A stretch of 54,169 nucleotides of DNA from an uncultured Succinivibrio sp. Lineage in GTDB: Bacteria > Pseudomonadota > Gammaproteobacteria > Enterobacterales > Succinivibrionaceae. How positions within the stretch are numbered: the first letter of the stretch is position 1; every line of letters starts with the position of its first letter. Where the stretch lies: positions 1,117,376-1,171,544 of the forward strand of contig LR994470.1 of assembly GCA_905186145.1 (NCBI GenBank), read 5' to 3'. The notes below the pieces were generated by a model. The model did no database searches and had not been told where the DNA came from. It saw only the letters and a list, made by a program, of their open reading frames with translations. Shown here piece after piece: positions 8,992-19,411 of the stretch. The position numbers and the translations under genes are program-made.

Positions 8992-10239
8992 TTAGCCAAT
9001 ACGCTTGAAGAGTAATGAACCATTAGTACCGCCAAAGCCAAAGTTATTGGACAGAGCGTACTCAATGTCATGCTTCTGAGCCACATTTGGAACTAAGTTG
9101 AAATCACCTACCTCTTCCTCAGGATTTACGAGGTTAATGGTAGGAGGGCAAATCTGATCAACGATAGACATTACAGTGATGATAGCTTCAATAGCACCTG
9201 CGGCACCTAAAAGGTGACCTGTCATGGACTTAGTAGAACTCATGCAGGTATTCTTAGGAGCATCACCGAAAATAGACTTAGCTGCACGCAACTCAGATAA
9301 GTCACCAACACCAGTAGAAGTACCGTGAGCGTTAACATAGTTAACCATCTCAGGCTTAACGCCAGCATCATTTAAAGCGTTCATTATAGAACGAGCTGCA
9401 CCCTCACCAGTCTCAGGAGTTGCAGTCATATGATAAGCATCACCTGACATACCAAAGCCACAGAGCTCAGCATAGATCTTAGCACCACGAGCCTTAGCGT
9501 GCTCGTACTCTTCTAAAACTAAAACACCAGCACCGTCACCTAAAACGAAACCGTCACGATCACGATCCCATGGACGAGATGCATGCTCTGGATCATCATT
9601 ACGATGAGATAAAGCCTTCATGCAACCAAAGCCACCAATACCCATAGGGGTAGAAGCCTTCTCTGCACCACCGCAAACCATTACATCTGCATCGCCATAA
9701 GCAATAAGACGAGCGGACATACCGATAGCATGAGTACCAGTTGCACAAGCAGTTACCATAGATAAGTTAGGACCACGCAGACCCTTTAAAATAGATAACT
9801 GACCTGAAACCATGTTAATGATGGTAGATGGAACGAAGAACGGGCTAATGCCACGAGGACCGCGAGAGGCAAGACCATTGATGTTCTTCTCAATTAAGGT
9901 TAAGCCACCGATACCAGAACCAATCATAGTACCAATACGATCGGCATTTTCAGGGGTAATCTCAAGAGCAGAATCTTCAAGAGCCATCAGACCTGCTGCG
10001 ATGCCGTATTGAATAAATACGTCCATCTTACGCTGATCTTTGGTAGAAATTCCCCATTTCTCAGGCTCGAAATTCTTAACAAGACCGGCAATCTTTACAG
10101 GGAAATCAGTGGTATCGAAATGATCGATTTTGCTAATTCCGCTCTTACCTGCCAGAATGTTTTTCCAAGATTCTTCGAGTGTACCGCCTACAGGGCTAAT
10201 CATGCCCATGCCAGTCACAACAACCCTACGCATTTGCAC
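8992..10239 (-). CDS. fabF: Beta-ketoacyl-ACP synthase II
   Basis: [15 protein letters not shown] (Cys), HGTST and [12 protein letters not shown] motifs; GTG start with GGAG upstream. Confidence 0.97.
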   Translation of the reverse strand: MQMRRVVVTGMGMISPVGGTLEESWKNILAGKSGISKIDHFDTTDFPVKIAGLVKNFEPEKWGISTKDQRKMDVFIQYGIAAGLMALEDSALEITPENADRIGTMIGSGIGGLTLIEKNINGLASRGPRGISPFFVPSTIINMVSGQLSILKGLRGPNLSMVTACATGTHAIGMSARLIAYGDADVMVCGGAEKASTPMGIGGFGCMKALSHRNDDPEHASRPWDRDRDGFVLGDGAGVLVLEEYEHAKARGAKIYAELCGFGMSGDAYHMTATPETGEGAARSIMNALNDAGVKPEMVNYVNAHGTSTGVGDLSELRAAKSIFGDAPKNTCMSSTKSMTGHLLGAAGAIEAIITVMSIVDQICPPTINLVNPEEEVGDFNLVPNVAQKHDIEYALSNNFGFGGTNGSLLFKRIG

Positions 10240-10463
10240 CGTTTATGGTCTCCATAAATATTGAATAATCACAAGTTATAGTTGATTATACAATTTATAT
10301 ATTATTGATGACGTCATACATGCCAAATATAATCATAAATTTTTAAATTGAGCATGTTTTGTATAGATAAATACAGAAAAAAGAAGACGTCTTATTCTTA
10401 AACAGACTATATATTGATAGCTTTAAGTAACTTAAATAAAAATTACTGAGGCTTAAATATTTA

Positions 10464-10482
10464 AGGCGGGATTTTCCCGCCT
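10464..10482 (-). terminator. Hairpin between acpP and fabF (terminator or stabiliser)
   Basis: AGGCGGGA-TTT-TCCCGCCT. Confidence 0.6.
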
Positions 10483-10507
10483 CAATATATATATTAGCTA
10501 TAAAAGA

Positions 10508-10753
10508 TTACTTGCCCTGGTGAGCCTTGATGTAATCGATAGCAGCCTGAACAGTGTTGATCTTCTCAGCTTCCTCATCAGGGATTTCGGTTTCGAAACC
10601 TTCTTCAAGAGCCATTACCAGCTCAACGGTATCGAGAGAATCAGCACCGAGATCATCGACGAAGGATGCCTCAGGTACAACGTCCTCAGGCTTTACGCCT
10701 AACTGTTCGACAATAATTTTCTTTACGCTTTCTTCAATATTGCTGTTGCTCAT
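10508..10753 (-). CDS. acpP: Acyl carrier protein
   Basis: [18 protein letters not shown] phosphopantetheine motif. Confidence 0.98.
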   Translation of the reverse strand: MSNSNIEESVKKIIVEQLGVKPEDVVPEASFVDDLGADSLDTVELVMALEEGFETEIPDEEAEKINTVQAAIDYIKAHQGK

Positions 10754-10808
10754 TTGTTTCCTTGATCAGTCTGCTGAATGCAGTTACTGTCCTTTGTTTA
10801 TTTAAGAT

Positions 10809-10825
10809 CCTGACATTATGTCAGG
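10809..10825. promoter_or_regulatory. 17-bp palindrome in the acpP leader (possible operator or RNA hairpin)
   Basis: CCTGACAT-T-ATGTCAGG, downstream of a minus-strand TATAAT near 10848-10853. Confidence 0.4.
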
Positions 10826-10954
10826 TACCAAAAAAAATATACTATGTATTATATATGCTTTATCTCTTTTTGAATAGATAGCAACCCAAAAATAGCTTAA
10901 AAAACTAAAGCCAAATGCATATTTGAGAGCTAGCTCCAAAATCGAGCATAAAAC

Positions 10955-11701
10955 TTAATCACAATACATGCCACCATTTACATCAATGCAAGTGCCAGTT
11001 ACATAGCTTGATAAATCAGAAGCTAAGAATAAGCAAGCACCAGCAATATCCTCTACAGTTGCAGCTCTCTTAGCTGGGATTGAGGCAAGCCAAGACTTTA
11101 ACTGCTCTTCAGATAAAGCTGCGGTCATTTCAGTTGCAACAAAACCTGGGCATACACAGTTTACAGTAATACCACGAGAGGCAACTTCTTTAGCTAAGGA
11201 TTTGCTAAAACCAATTAAACCTGCTTTTGCAGCAGCATAATTGCACTGACCGGCATTACCAGTCTCACCTACAATAGAGGAAATGTTAATAATACGACCA
11301 GAACGCTTTTTCATCATTAAGCTTACAAAAGCTTTGCTTAAGCGAACGGCGGCAAAGAGATTGCACTGTAAAACGTCATTCCAGTCTTGATCTTTCATAC
11401 GCATGAAAAGACCATCACGGGTAATGCCGGCATTGTTTACTAAAATATCAGGAACAGAACCGTTCTTCTCTAAAATTAAAGCAACAGCGGCATCGATAGA
11501 GGCATTATCAAGACCGTTTAAAACGAAGCCTTCGCCCTTACCATTTAAAGCCTCAGTAATAGACTGTGCCCCCTTTTCAGAGGTGGCACTACCATAAACC
11601 TTAGCACCTAACTGTGCAAAAGCTAATGCAATAGCCTTACCAATACCACGAGAGGCACCTGTTACAACTACAGTCTTGCCAGTAAAATCGAGTGAGTACA
11701 T
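10955..11701 (-). CDS. fabG: 3-oxoacyl-ACP reductase
   Basis: TGASRGIG, NNAGITRD and YAAAK motifs; fab cluster position. Confidence 0.97.
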   Translation of the reverse strand: MYSLDFTGKTVVVTGASRGIGKAIALAFAQLGAKVYGSATSEKGAQSITEALNGKGEGFVLNGLDNASIDAAVALILEKNGSVPDILVNNAGITRDGLFMRMKDQDWNDVLQCNLFAAVRLSKAFVSLMMKKRSGRIINISSIVGETGNAGQCNYAAAKAGLIGFSKSLAKEVASRGITVNCVCPGFVATEMTAALSEEQLKSWLASIPAKRAATVEDIAGACLFLASDLSSYVTGTCIDVNGGMYCD

Positions 11702-11715
11702 GTAATCTCCTTATA

Positions 11716-12648
11716 TTATGCTAAAACCTGTAAGGCTTTCTCTAAAGTCTCAGCATTGCAAACATTAGCAGAACCTAAAGTCTTATCAATGCGACGATTT
11801 AAACCACATAAAACTTTGTTAGGACCTACTTCAACTAAAGCCTCAACACCGTCTTCCTTTAAAGCTTTAACAGTTTCAACCCAACGAACAGGACCTGTAA
11901 GCTGTGCAATTAAAGCCTCAACTAAATCAGAAGCCTTGGTAAAAGGTTTTGCCTGTGAGTTTACATAAACAGGAACAATAGCATCTTTAAGAGTAATGCT
12001 CTTTAATGCTTCAGCTAATCTGTCAGCGGCACTCTTCATAAGTGGGCAGTGAGATGGAGCGGAAACTGCTAAAGGAACTACACGACGAGCTCCCATTGCA
12101 GTGAACTCAGCACAAGCTCTATCACAAGCATCTTTGCTACCGGAAATTACAACCTGACCTGGGGTATTGAAGTTAGCTGCCCATACAGCATCACCGTCTT
12201 TTGAAACCTTAGCGCAAGTCTCAACGATAACATCATCCTCAAGACCTAAAACAGCAGCCATAGCACCTTTACCTTGAGGTACTGCTTCCTGCATAGCCTG
12301 ACCACGCAGACGAACTAAACGTAAAGCATCAGCAAAATCTAAAACACCTGCGGCAACTAAAGCACTGTACTCACCTAAGCTATGACCTGCAACAGCACAA
12401 GGCATACCGGCTTTTTCTTTTAATACTCTAAAAGCTGCAATGGAGGCAGTTAAAATAGCAGGTTGGGTAACCTCGGTGCGATTTAACTCACTTTCAGGGC
12501 CATTTAAGGTGACGTCTTTCATGTCATAACCTAAAGCCTCAGAGGCCTCTTCATAGGTTTTAGCAACAATAGGATCGTCCATAAAATCCTTGAACATACC
12601 TACAGACTGAGAGCCTTGACCTGGAAATACAGCTGCATATTTTTTCAT
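11716..12648 (-). CDS. fabD: Malonyl-CoA:ACP transacylase
   Basis: FPGQGSQ, TQPAI, GHSLGEYSAL and PSHC motifs. Confidence 0.97.
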   Translation of the reverse strand: MKKYAAVFPGQGSQSVGMFKDFMDDPIVAKTYEEASEALGYDMKDVTLNGPESELNRTEVTQPAILTASIAAFRVLKEKAGMPCAVAGHSLGEYSALVAAGVLDFADALRLVRLRGQAMQEAVPQGKGAMAAVLGLEDDVIVETCAKVSKDGDAVWAANFNTPGQVVISGSKDACDRACAEFTAMGARRVVPLAVSAPSHCPLMKSAADRLAEALKSITLKDAIVPVYVNSQAKPFTKASDLVEALIAQLTGPVRWVETVKALKEDGVEALVEVGPNKVLCGLNRRIDKTLGSANVCNAETLEKALQVLA

Positions 12649-12660
12649 TGTGATCTCCTT

Positions 12661-12683
12661 AAAAAAAGCGCCGCAGCGCTTTT
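12661..12683 (-). terminator. Terminator-like hairpin between fabH and fabD
   Basis: Minus strand AAAAGCGC-TGCG-GCGCTTTTTTT, directly before the fabD SD (AAGGAG). Confidence 0.6.
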
Positions 12684-12699
12684 AGTTAATGAATTCTTT

Positions 12700-13653
12700 T
12701 TAATAACGAACTAAAGCAGAAGCCCAAGTAAAGCCACCGCCAAAGGATTCAAGTAATAAAGTATTGCCACGCTTAATTCGTCCTGAACGAATTCCTTCAT
12801 CAAGAGCTAAAGCAACGGATGCAGATGAGGTGTTACCTTGTTTATCTAAAGTAACAATTACCTGTGACATATCCAAATGCAGCTTCTTCGCAGTTGCTGC
12901 GATAATGCGTAAATTAGCCTGATGCGGTACTAAGAAATCCAAATCCTTATCGGTAAGATTGCCAAGCTCTAAAGTCTTAGTTACAAGCTTTGCTAAGGAC
13001 ACAACAGCGTGTTTGAAAACATCATTACCCTTCATATAAAGATAGCAGCCATCGCCATTACTACCGCGAGGAGGATTCTTTAATGAAAGTAAAGGTCCAA
13101 ATTGTGGATCAGCTGACATATGAACGGCTAAAGTGCCAGGTTCATCAGATGCACCTAAGACCATGGCACCGGCACCATCACCAAATAAAATGATAGTAGT
13201 GCGATCTTTAGGATCACAAGCTCTAGACATCATGTCAGAGCCAATAATTAAAACCTTACGGGCCTGACCTGACATAATCATAGAATGAGCTAAGCAATAG
13301 CCATAGCTAAAACCTGCACACGCTGCAGCTAAATCAAAAGCAGGAACACCATTGATGCCTAAATTGCCAGCAATCTCAACGGCTGAAGATGGAAAAGCTT
13401 TATCGCCTGTAGTAGTTGCACAGATTACAAGATCAATTTCACCAGGATCAGTATCTGCAGCCTCTAAAGCCCGTTTGGCAGCGATGAGGCCCATAGATGC
13501 GACGGTTTCATCAGGAGATGCAATGCGTCTTTCACTTATACCAGTGCGCTCAATGATCCACTCGTCTGAAGTATCGACCATACGTTCCAAATCAGCATTG
13601 GTACGTACCTGTTGCGGCAAGTAGCCGCCGGTTCCAAGAATTTTGGTAAACAA
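12700..13653 (-). CDS. fabH: Beta-ketoacyl-ACP synthase III
   Basis: AACAGF (Cys), PHQAN (His) and GNTSSAS (Asn) triad; TTG start with GAGG upstream. Confidence 0.97.
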   Translation of the reverse strand: MFTKILGTGGYLPQQVRTNADLERMVDTSDEWIIERTGISERRIASPDETVASMGLIAAKRALEAADTDPGEIDLVICATTTGDKAFPSSAVEIAGNLGINGVPAFDLAAACAGFSYGYCLAHSMIMSGQARKVLIIGSDMMSRACDPKDRTTIILFGDGAGAMVLGASDEPGTLAVHMSADPQFGPLLSLKNPPRGSNGDGCYLYMKGNDVFKHAVVSLAKLVTKTLELGNLTDKDLDFLVPHQANLRIIAATAKKLHLDMSQVIVTLDKQGNTSSASVALALDEGIRSGRIKRGNTLLLESFGGGFTWASALVRY

Positions 13654-13745
13654 GGAAGATCCTCAATTATCTAGTCTGACACAATTCTAATATTCTAACA
13701 AAAAGAATCTTAGCTAAACTAGGTAAATTATGCTTATTTTGAAAT

Positions 13746-14708
13746 CTATATAAGAGATTTTAATGAATTAGCTAAATCTACCTGAGAGGCAAAAGCAGCT
13801 TCAACCATTGCTACAGCTAAAGCTTCATCACCTGCGCTGGCATGACTTTTAACCACAATGCCATTAACACCTAAAAGAGGTGAGCCATTATACTGCCAAG
13901 GCAAAAGCCAATCAGGCCATGCCATTTTGGCAAAAAATCTTTTAAGACCTGGACCTTTGGCTAAAATACCGGCAACGCCTTCGGCTGCTTTTAGCGCCAC
14001 ATTGCCTGTAAAACCATCAGTAACGATTACGTCAGCATCACCTGAAAATAAATGATCGGCCTCAACATAACCTTGAAAATAAAGGTTTCTATCAGCATCT
14101 AAAAGATCACGAGTTTCCTTTACAACTAAAGGTCCTTTATTACGCTCAACACCTACGTTTAATATAGATACTCGCGGGGCCTCACAGCCCAAGCAAATAT
14201 TGGCATAAGCGCTACCTAATCGTGCAAAGTCGTAAAGATCTTTACTTGAGCAACTGGCATTGGCGCCTAAATCAAGCATTACAGAGAATCTACCGACACC
14301 TGCTGGAATCTTTTTAGCCAAAGCAGGTCTTATCTTATCTACAGTACCTAAAATATGTCTTGCTAAAGTAACCAAAGGGCCTGTACCACCACTTGAAACC
14401 ATGGCATTAGCCTCGCCTTCTTTAACACTTAACATAGCAAGGCGCATCGCTGCGCGTTGATAGCCTGTTAAAACGCGACGCGGAGTTTCATCTTGAGGAA
14501 TGCTCTGCGGTGCTAATCTGAAGGTATAGTTCTTTTTACTAATACCTGCTCGGCTTAAATCTTGTTCAAGCTCAGATGAGCCATAAATGATCAAATGGAT
14601 AGAAGGATTCATAGCCAGGGCAAAACGAACTGCGCCGACTACTTTATTAGTACTGCGGTTATCACCACCAGTACCATCAAGAGCTATGGTAATAGAGTTT
14701 TCTTTCAA
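13746..14708 (-). CDS. plsX: Phosphate acyltransferase PlsX
   Basis: IALDGTGGD, RPALA, LDLGAN, VIVTDGFTGNVALKAAEG and VVKSH motifs; TTG start. Confidence 0.93.
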   Translation of the reverse strand: MKENSITIALDGTGGDNRSTNKVVGAVRFALAMNPSIHLIIYGSSELEQDLSRAGISKKNYTFRLAPQSIPQDETPRRVLTGYQRAAMRLAMLSVKEGEANAMVSSGGTGPLVTLARHILGTVDKIRPALAKKIPAGVGRFSVMLDLGANASCSSKDLYDFARLGSAYANICLGCEAPRVSILNVGVERNKGPLVVKETRDLLDADRNLYFQGYVEADHLFSGDADVIVTDGFTGNVALKAAEGVAGILAKGPGLKRFFAKMAWPDWLLPWQYNGSPLLGVNGIVVKSHASAGDEALAVAMVEAAFASQVDLANSLKSLI

Positions 14709-14715
14709 GGTATTG

Positions 14716-14746
14716 AAAAGGGCGTTAGGCTTTCGCCATAACGCCC
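14716..14746 (-). terminator. Terminator/attenuator after rpmF, immediately before the plsX start
   Basis: Minus strand GGGCGTTA-T-GGC-GAAA-GCC-TAACGCCC-TTTT (GNRA loop, U tail). Confidence 0.7.
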
Positions 14747-14834
14747 TATCTCCAGAAAGGTTTAAATTCTCAATGAGGGTTTAAATAAAATATACCACCA
14801 TTGCCTTACTGATTAAATATATTAAAGTCGGATA

Positions 14835-15029
14835 TTACTTGTCGGACTTAACTTGGGCCGGGGTAAGATTTAACTTCTCACCGCGATAGTATCCGCTTGG
14901 AGTCATATTGTGACGAATATGAACTTCCTTGGAATTGGAATCAATCGATAACTGCATCGCTGATAAAGCATCATGGGAACGACGCATGTCACGGCGTGAA
15001 CGGGACTTATGAGTCTGTTGAACTGCCAT
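14835..15029 (-). CDS. rpmF: 50S ribosomal protein L32 (Cys-free form)
   Basis: [22 protein letters not shown]; GGAG SD upstream. Confidence 0.96.
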   Translation of the reverse strand: MAVQQTHKSRSRRDMRRSHDALSAMQLSIDSNSKEVHIRHNMTPSGYYRGEKLNLTPAQVKSDK

Positions 15030-15125
15030 TGCTGTCTCCTAAATTTTCTTAAAAAACTGCGGAGAACATCCCCCGCTTGCTGTATAAACCAAATTTCTAC
15101 CACCTCAGGTGGTACTAGACGCAAT

Positions 15126-15154
15126 ATTTTATTCTTAACACGAACTTTTTTCAA
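15126..15154 (-). promoter_or_regulatory. Sigma70 promoter for rpmF-plsX-fab
   Basis: Minus strand TTGAAA-N17-TAAAAT. Confidence 0.7.
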
Positions 15155-15279
15155 TACTTTTGTCTAAATATTCCTAACCATATGATTTTAACCTTTATTT
15201 ATCTTAAAGATAATCTATTTAAAATCTTTCTAAAAATTTATGTTAGAAACTAAAAATATAAGAAAAGAAATTCATTCTA

Positions 15280-15341
15280 AAACTGTTTACAAAATTAAAT
15301 AAAAAATTTAAAAAATAATTTTTTACATTTGTAAACGGTTT
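15280..15341. promoter_or_regulatory. Inverted-repeat operator candidate upstream of the pgm operon
   Basis: AAACTGTTTACAAA (15280-15293) / TTTGTAAACGGTTT (15328-15341), one mismatch, plus the palindrome TTTACATTTGTAAA (15322-15335). Confidence 0.45.
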
Positions 15342-15672
15342 ATATCGCATTTTTTAAAAATATTTTCTAAAAAAAATACAGTTATAAACACAACTGCTTT
15401 TTTTTAAGTTTAGTAGTTTAATTTTAGATTTTATAAAATCTATTTTTTTATAAAAATAAATAGATAACTCATACCAAGTTTTATTTTTTATATAAATATA
15501 TTTTTATTACCTCTCAAACTAAATTTTACGCAATATTATTATCCTACACTTATTATTTACATTTTCTTAACATAAATTTAACAAATATTTAACATTAACT
15601 TTATTTATGGTATAAATAGCAAAATTTTTTACCAGTAACATTTTCAATTCACACTTTCGTGGGTGGATAACT

Positions 15673-17304
15673 ATGTCAAGAGCAGGTATTTTGGCAAGCA
15701 ATTTTCCACTTACCAACATTCAAAGACTTATAAGTCTTTATTATGAGGTTTGTCCTAATTTAAATGATCCTTTAAATCTTGTATCTTTCGGAACCTCAGG
15801 ACATCGCGGAAGCCCAAATAATGGCTCATATACAGTCCATCATATTGCAGCCATATCTCAAGCTATAGCCGATCTTAGAAAAGAATGGAATATTACCGGT
15901 CCTCTTTTTATTGGTATGGATACTCATGCCTTATCTGAGTGTGCTTTACATACAGCTTTAGAGGTTTTATGTGCCAATGGTATTGAGGTGGTTGTTGCTA
16001 AAGATTTTGAATACACCCCAACTCCGGTTATCTCTCGTGAGATCGTAAGACACAATTTTAAGCGTACTTGTAACTTAGCTGATGGCATTATCATCACCCC
16101 ATCCCATAATCCTCCTCACGATGGTGGTTTTAAATACAATCCACCTTTAGGAGGACCTGCTAATCCTTTCTATACCAAACCTATTGCCGATAGAGCTAAT
16201 GAAATCTTAAAAAATGGTAATAAAGAAGTTAAAAAGATTTCTTGGAATGATGCTTTAAAGTGTGAAAACCTGCATTTTAAAGATATGCTCACCCCTTTTG
16301 TAGATGAGTTAAGTTCTGTAATTAACTTAAAGGCAATTAAAGACTCAAAACTTAAAATTGCAGTAAATCCTCAAGGTGGCGCTTCCTTAAAATACTGGGA
16401 TCGTATTGTTGAAAAATACGGTATTGATGTAACCATCATCAATCGCACCATCGATCCTACCTTCTCTTTTATGCCATATGACTATGATGACAATATTCGT
16501 ATGGACTGTATGTCTCCTTACACCATGAAACCTCTTATGGCTTTAAAAGAAAATTTTGATGTATGCATTGCCAACGATCCTGATTCTGATCGCCATGGAA
16601 TTGTCACCAAAGAAGGACTTTTAAACTCAAATCATTATTTAAGCTCCATCATGCACTATTTGTGCCACAACCGTCCTTTATGGCCAAAAAATGGTGCTGT
16701 AGGTAAGACTATTGGCGCCACTATCATGATGGATAAGATTATTGAGGATGCCGGTTATAAAGTTTATGAGACTCCTATTGGCTTTAAGTGGTTCTCTGAG
16801 GGCTTATTTAAACAAGAGCTTGTTTTTGGTTGTGAAGAAAGTGCCGGAGCCTCTTTCTTAGACTTAAATGGCAATCCATTTACCACTGATAAAGACGGCT
16901 TCTTAGCTGGCTTAATTGGCTGTGAGTTATGTGCCATCTCAAAAACCGATCTTGTAACTTATTATAAAGATCTTACCTCCAAATTTGGTGATCCTCATTA
17001 TGGTCGTATTGATGAGATAACCACTCCTGAAGGAAAAAAAGCATTCGTAAATCTCACTGAAAAAAGTGTCAGCCAAGACACCCTGGCCGGACAGAAAATC
17101 TTAAAGGTCATGACTCGAGCCTCTGGCAATAACGCTGAAATTGGTGGCGTTAAGGTCTTAGCTGACAAATGCTGGTTCTCAGCTCGTCCATCAGGCACAG
17201 AAAATATCTACAAAATTTATTATGAGTCTTTCTTAAGTGCTGAACATTTACAGCAAGTTAAAGAAGACGCTGTCAATATCGTAAACCAAGCCATCAAACA
17301 ATAA
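15673..17304 (+). CDS. pgm: Phosphoglucomutase (alpha-D-phosphohexomutase, E. coli Pgm-type, divergent)
   Basis: FGTSGHRG, TPSHNP (phospho-Ser), NDPDSDRHG (metal loop), GCEESAGASF and RPSGTE motifs. Confidence 0.9.
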   Translation: MSRAGILASNFPLTNIQRLISLYYEVCPNLNDPLNLVSFGTSGHRGSPNNGSYTVHHIAAISQAIADLRKEWNITGPLFIGMDTHALSECALHTALEVLCANGIEVVVAKDFEYTPTPVISREIVRHNFKRTCNLADGIIITPSHNPPHDGGFKYNPPLGGPANPFYTKPIADRANEILKNGNKEVKKISWNDALKCENLHFKDMLTPFVDELSSVINLKAIKDSKLKIAVNPQGGASLKYWDRIVEKYGIDVTIINRTIDPTFSFMPYDYDDNIRMDCMSPYTMKPLMALKENFDVCIANDPDSDRHGIVTKEGLLNSNHYLSSIMHYLCHNRPLWPKNGAVGKTIGATIMMDKIIEDAGYKVYETPIGFKWFSEGLFKQELVFGCEESAGASFLDLNGNPFTTDKDGFLAGLIGCELCAISKTDLVTYYKDLTSKFGDPHYGRIDEITTPEGKKAFVNLTEKSVSQDTLAGQKILKVMTRASGNNAEIGGVKVLADKCWFSARPSGTENIYKIYYESFLSAEHLQQVKEDAVNIVNQAIKQ

Positions 17305-17316
17305 AGGAGGCTATTT

Positions 17317-18135
17317 ATGCAAATTAAGTTTATGGGAACTGCTGCATCTGAAGGTATCCCAAATCCTTTTTGCAACTGCAAAGTATGTACCTATGCTCGT
17401 GAAAACGGCGGTAAGAATGTAAGAACTCGCGCATCTTTAATGATTGACGGTCATATTGCTATTGATATGTCACCTGAGTGGTCTTATCAGTTAAAGCGTG
17501 AAAACATGACTGCCCGTGATACTGATATGGTGCTCTTTACTCATACTCACCCAGATCATTTCAACGTAGGTGAATTTGTAAGCCGTGCTAAGGGTTTTGC
17601 TCAGAATATTGAGTTTCCACTGCACGTCTTTGGTAATGACTGTGCCATTAAAGGTGCTTTTAATGCTTTAGATGGTTTACAAGGAGACCGCTTTGTTTTC
17701 CACTTAGTAGCACCATATATCACATGTGAGCACGCAGGATACAAAATTACCCCTACCTTAGCCAATCATGCCAAGATGGAGCTTTGCTACAACTACTTAA
17801 TTGAAAAAGACGGCAAGACCTTCTTCTATGGCTTAGATTCAGGATGGCTACCTGAGAGCACTTTTGAGTTCTTAAAGGGCCGTCATATTGACGTTGCAGT
17901 TCTTGAATGCACCTACGCCTTCCGCGAAGGTGAGAAGACTGCAAACCACTTAAACTTCAAATCCCTTTTTGACGAGGTTGCCTTATTAAAAGAATTATGC
18001 TGCCTTGACAAAACCTCTCGTGTAATTGCATCTCATGTGTCTCACTCTTCAACCTTAAATCACGAAGAGCTTGAAAAACTGATGCAAGAGCACGGCATTA
18101 TTACCGCCTTTGATGGCTTAACTTTAGATATTTAA
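17317..18135 (+). CDS. PhnP-like metallo-beta-lactamase-fold phosphodiesterase
   Basis: GTAASEGIPNPFCNCKVC (structural Zn CxCxxC as in PhnP), THTHPDHF, ANH, LDSG, NHL and SHVSH metal ligands. Confidence 0.85.
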   Translation: MQIKFMGTAASEGIPNPFCNCKVCTYARENGGKNVRTRASLMIDGHIAIDMSPEWSYQLKRENMTARDTDMVLFTHTHPDHFNVGEFVSRAKGFAQNIEFPLHVFGNDCAIKGAFNALDGLQGDRFVFHLVAPYITCEHAGYKITPTLANHAKMELCYNYLIEKDGKTFFYGLDSGWLPESTFEFLKGRHIDVAVLECTYAFREGEKTANHLNFKSLFDEVALLKELCCLDKTSRVIASHVSHSSTLNHEELEKLMQEHGIITAFDGLTLDI

Positions 18136-18160
18136 AATATAATACGGAGACTTATTTAAG

Positions 18161-19372
18161 ATGAAACTTATGATGAGCCGCCTCATGGGTATGATGTTCA
18201 TCCAATACATCGTACAAGGAGCATGGGTATTAACTTTAGGACTTGTTTTAAGTTCTTATGGCATGAAAGAGATCATAGGTACCGCTTATGCTGTATTAGG
18301 TATTGCTACCATCATGTCACCAATGTTCGTAGGCATGGTTGCCGATCGTTTCTTTGCTACTGAAAAAGTATTAGGTATCTTACACTTAATCCTTGCAGGT
18401 GTAATGTATCTGACCTCTACATTCATTGTCAGTGGTCAAGCTACAATGACTCTTGTTGGTATTTTCTTTGTAGGTTTAATCTACTATCCAACAGTAGCTT
18501 TAACTAACTCCATTTCTTTCCATCATGTTGATGGTCCACGCTATTTCCCTGTAATCCGTGTATTCGGTTCTATTGGCTATGTAGTTTTAGGCCTCTTCAT
18601 CGGTCAAATGGGTTGGTCAGGTGACGTTATGACCTGGTATGTTGCTGTAATCTCAGCTTTAGTCATGGGCTTATACAGCTTCACCTTACCCCACACTCCT
18701 CCAAAAAGCGCCGATGCACCTTTCTCTGTACGTGATTTGTTCTGCCTTGATGCCATGGCATTATTTAAAGACAAATACTTCACCATCATGATGATTGCCA
18801 TTTTAATTTTAATGGTACCTAAGACTGCCTACTCTGCATACATTCCTGTATTCTTAAACGCTTTAGGCTTTGACAATGCTGCATCTATGATGCAGATTGG
18901 TGTAGCTATGGAAGTTCTGTTTGTATTCTTCATTCCGTTCTTCTTAACTCGCTTTGGCTTTAAGATTACTTTAATGCTCGGCATGATTTCCTGGGCTATT
19001 CGTTCTGTTCTCTTCTCTGAGGCTGCATTATCTGGCAGTTATGCTATGGTTATTATAGGCCTCGTACTTCAAGGCGTTTGCTGGGATTTCTTCTTCACCG
19101 TTGCAGATATTTATGCTGATAAGAAAGCTGGCGACAATATTAAGTCTCAAGCTCAGTCACTGCGTTTTATCGCCTCAAACGGTGTAGGTCTGTTCTTTGC
19201 CTCATCCGTCTGCGGTTACATCTTCAACAACAATGTAACTGACACTGGTGCTCAAGGCTTAGCTCAGTGGGAAACCTTCTGGCTCTTCCCTGCTGCCATC
19301 GCAGCTGGTGTCTTCGTTGTCTTCCTCTTATGTTTTAAGGATGACACCAAGACCGTTGTTACTTCTAAGTAA
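18161..19372 (+). CDS. MFS transporter, nucleoside:H+ symporter (NupG/XapB/YegT) family
   Basis: MMFIQYIVQGAW, ADRFFATEK, FPVIRVFGSIG and LTLPHTPP-like (FTLPHTPP) motifs; 12-TM profile. Confidence 0.88.
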   Translation: MKLMMSRLMGMMFIQYIVQGAWVLTLGLVLSSYGMKEIIGTAYAVLGIATIMSPMFVGMVADRFFATEKVLGILHLILAGVMYLTSTFIVSGQATMTLVGIFFVGLIYYPTVALTNSISFHHVDGPRYFPVIRVFGSIGYVVLGLFIGQMGWSGDVMTWYVAVISALVMGLYSFTLPHTPPKSADAPFSVRDLFCLDAMALFKDKYFTIMMIAILILMVPKTAYSAYIPVFLNALGFDNAASMMQIGVAMEVLFVFFIPFFLTRFGFKITLMLGMISWAIRSVLFSEAALSGSYAMVIIGLVLQGVCWDFFFTVADIYADKKAGDNIKSQAQSLRFIASNGVGLFFASSVCGYIFNNNVTDTGAQGLAQWETFWLFPAAIAAGVFVVFLLCFKDDTKTVVTSK

Positions 19373-19411
19373 TTTTATTTAACTCAATATCATTAGGAGG
19401 AAAGAGACACA

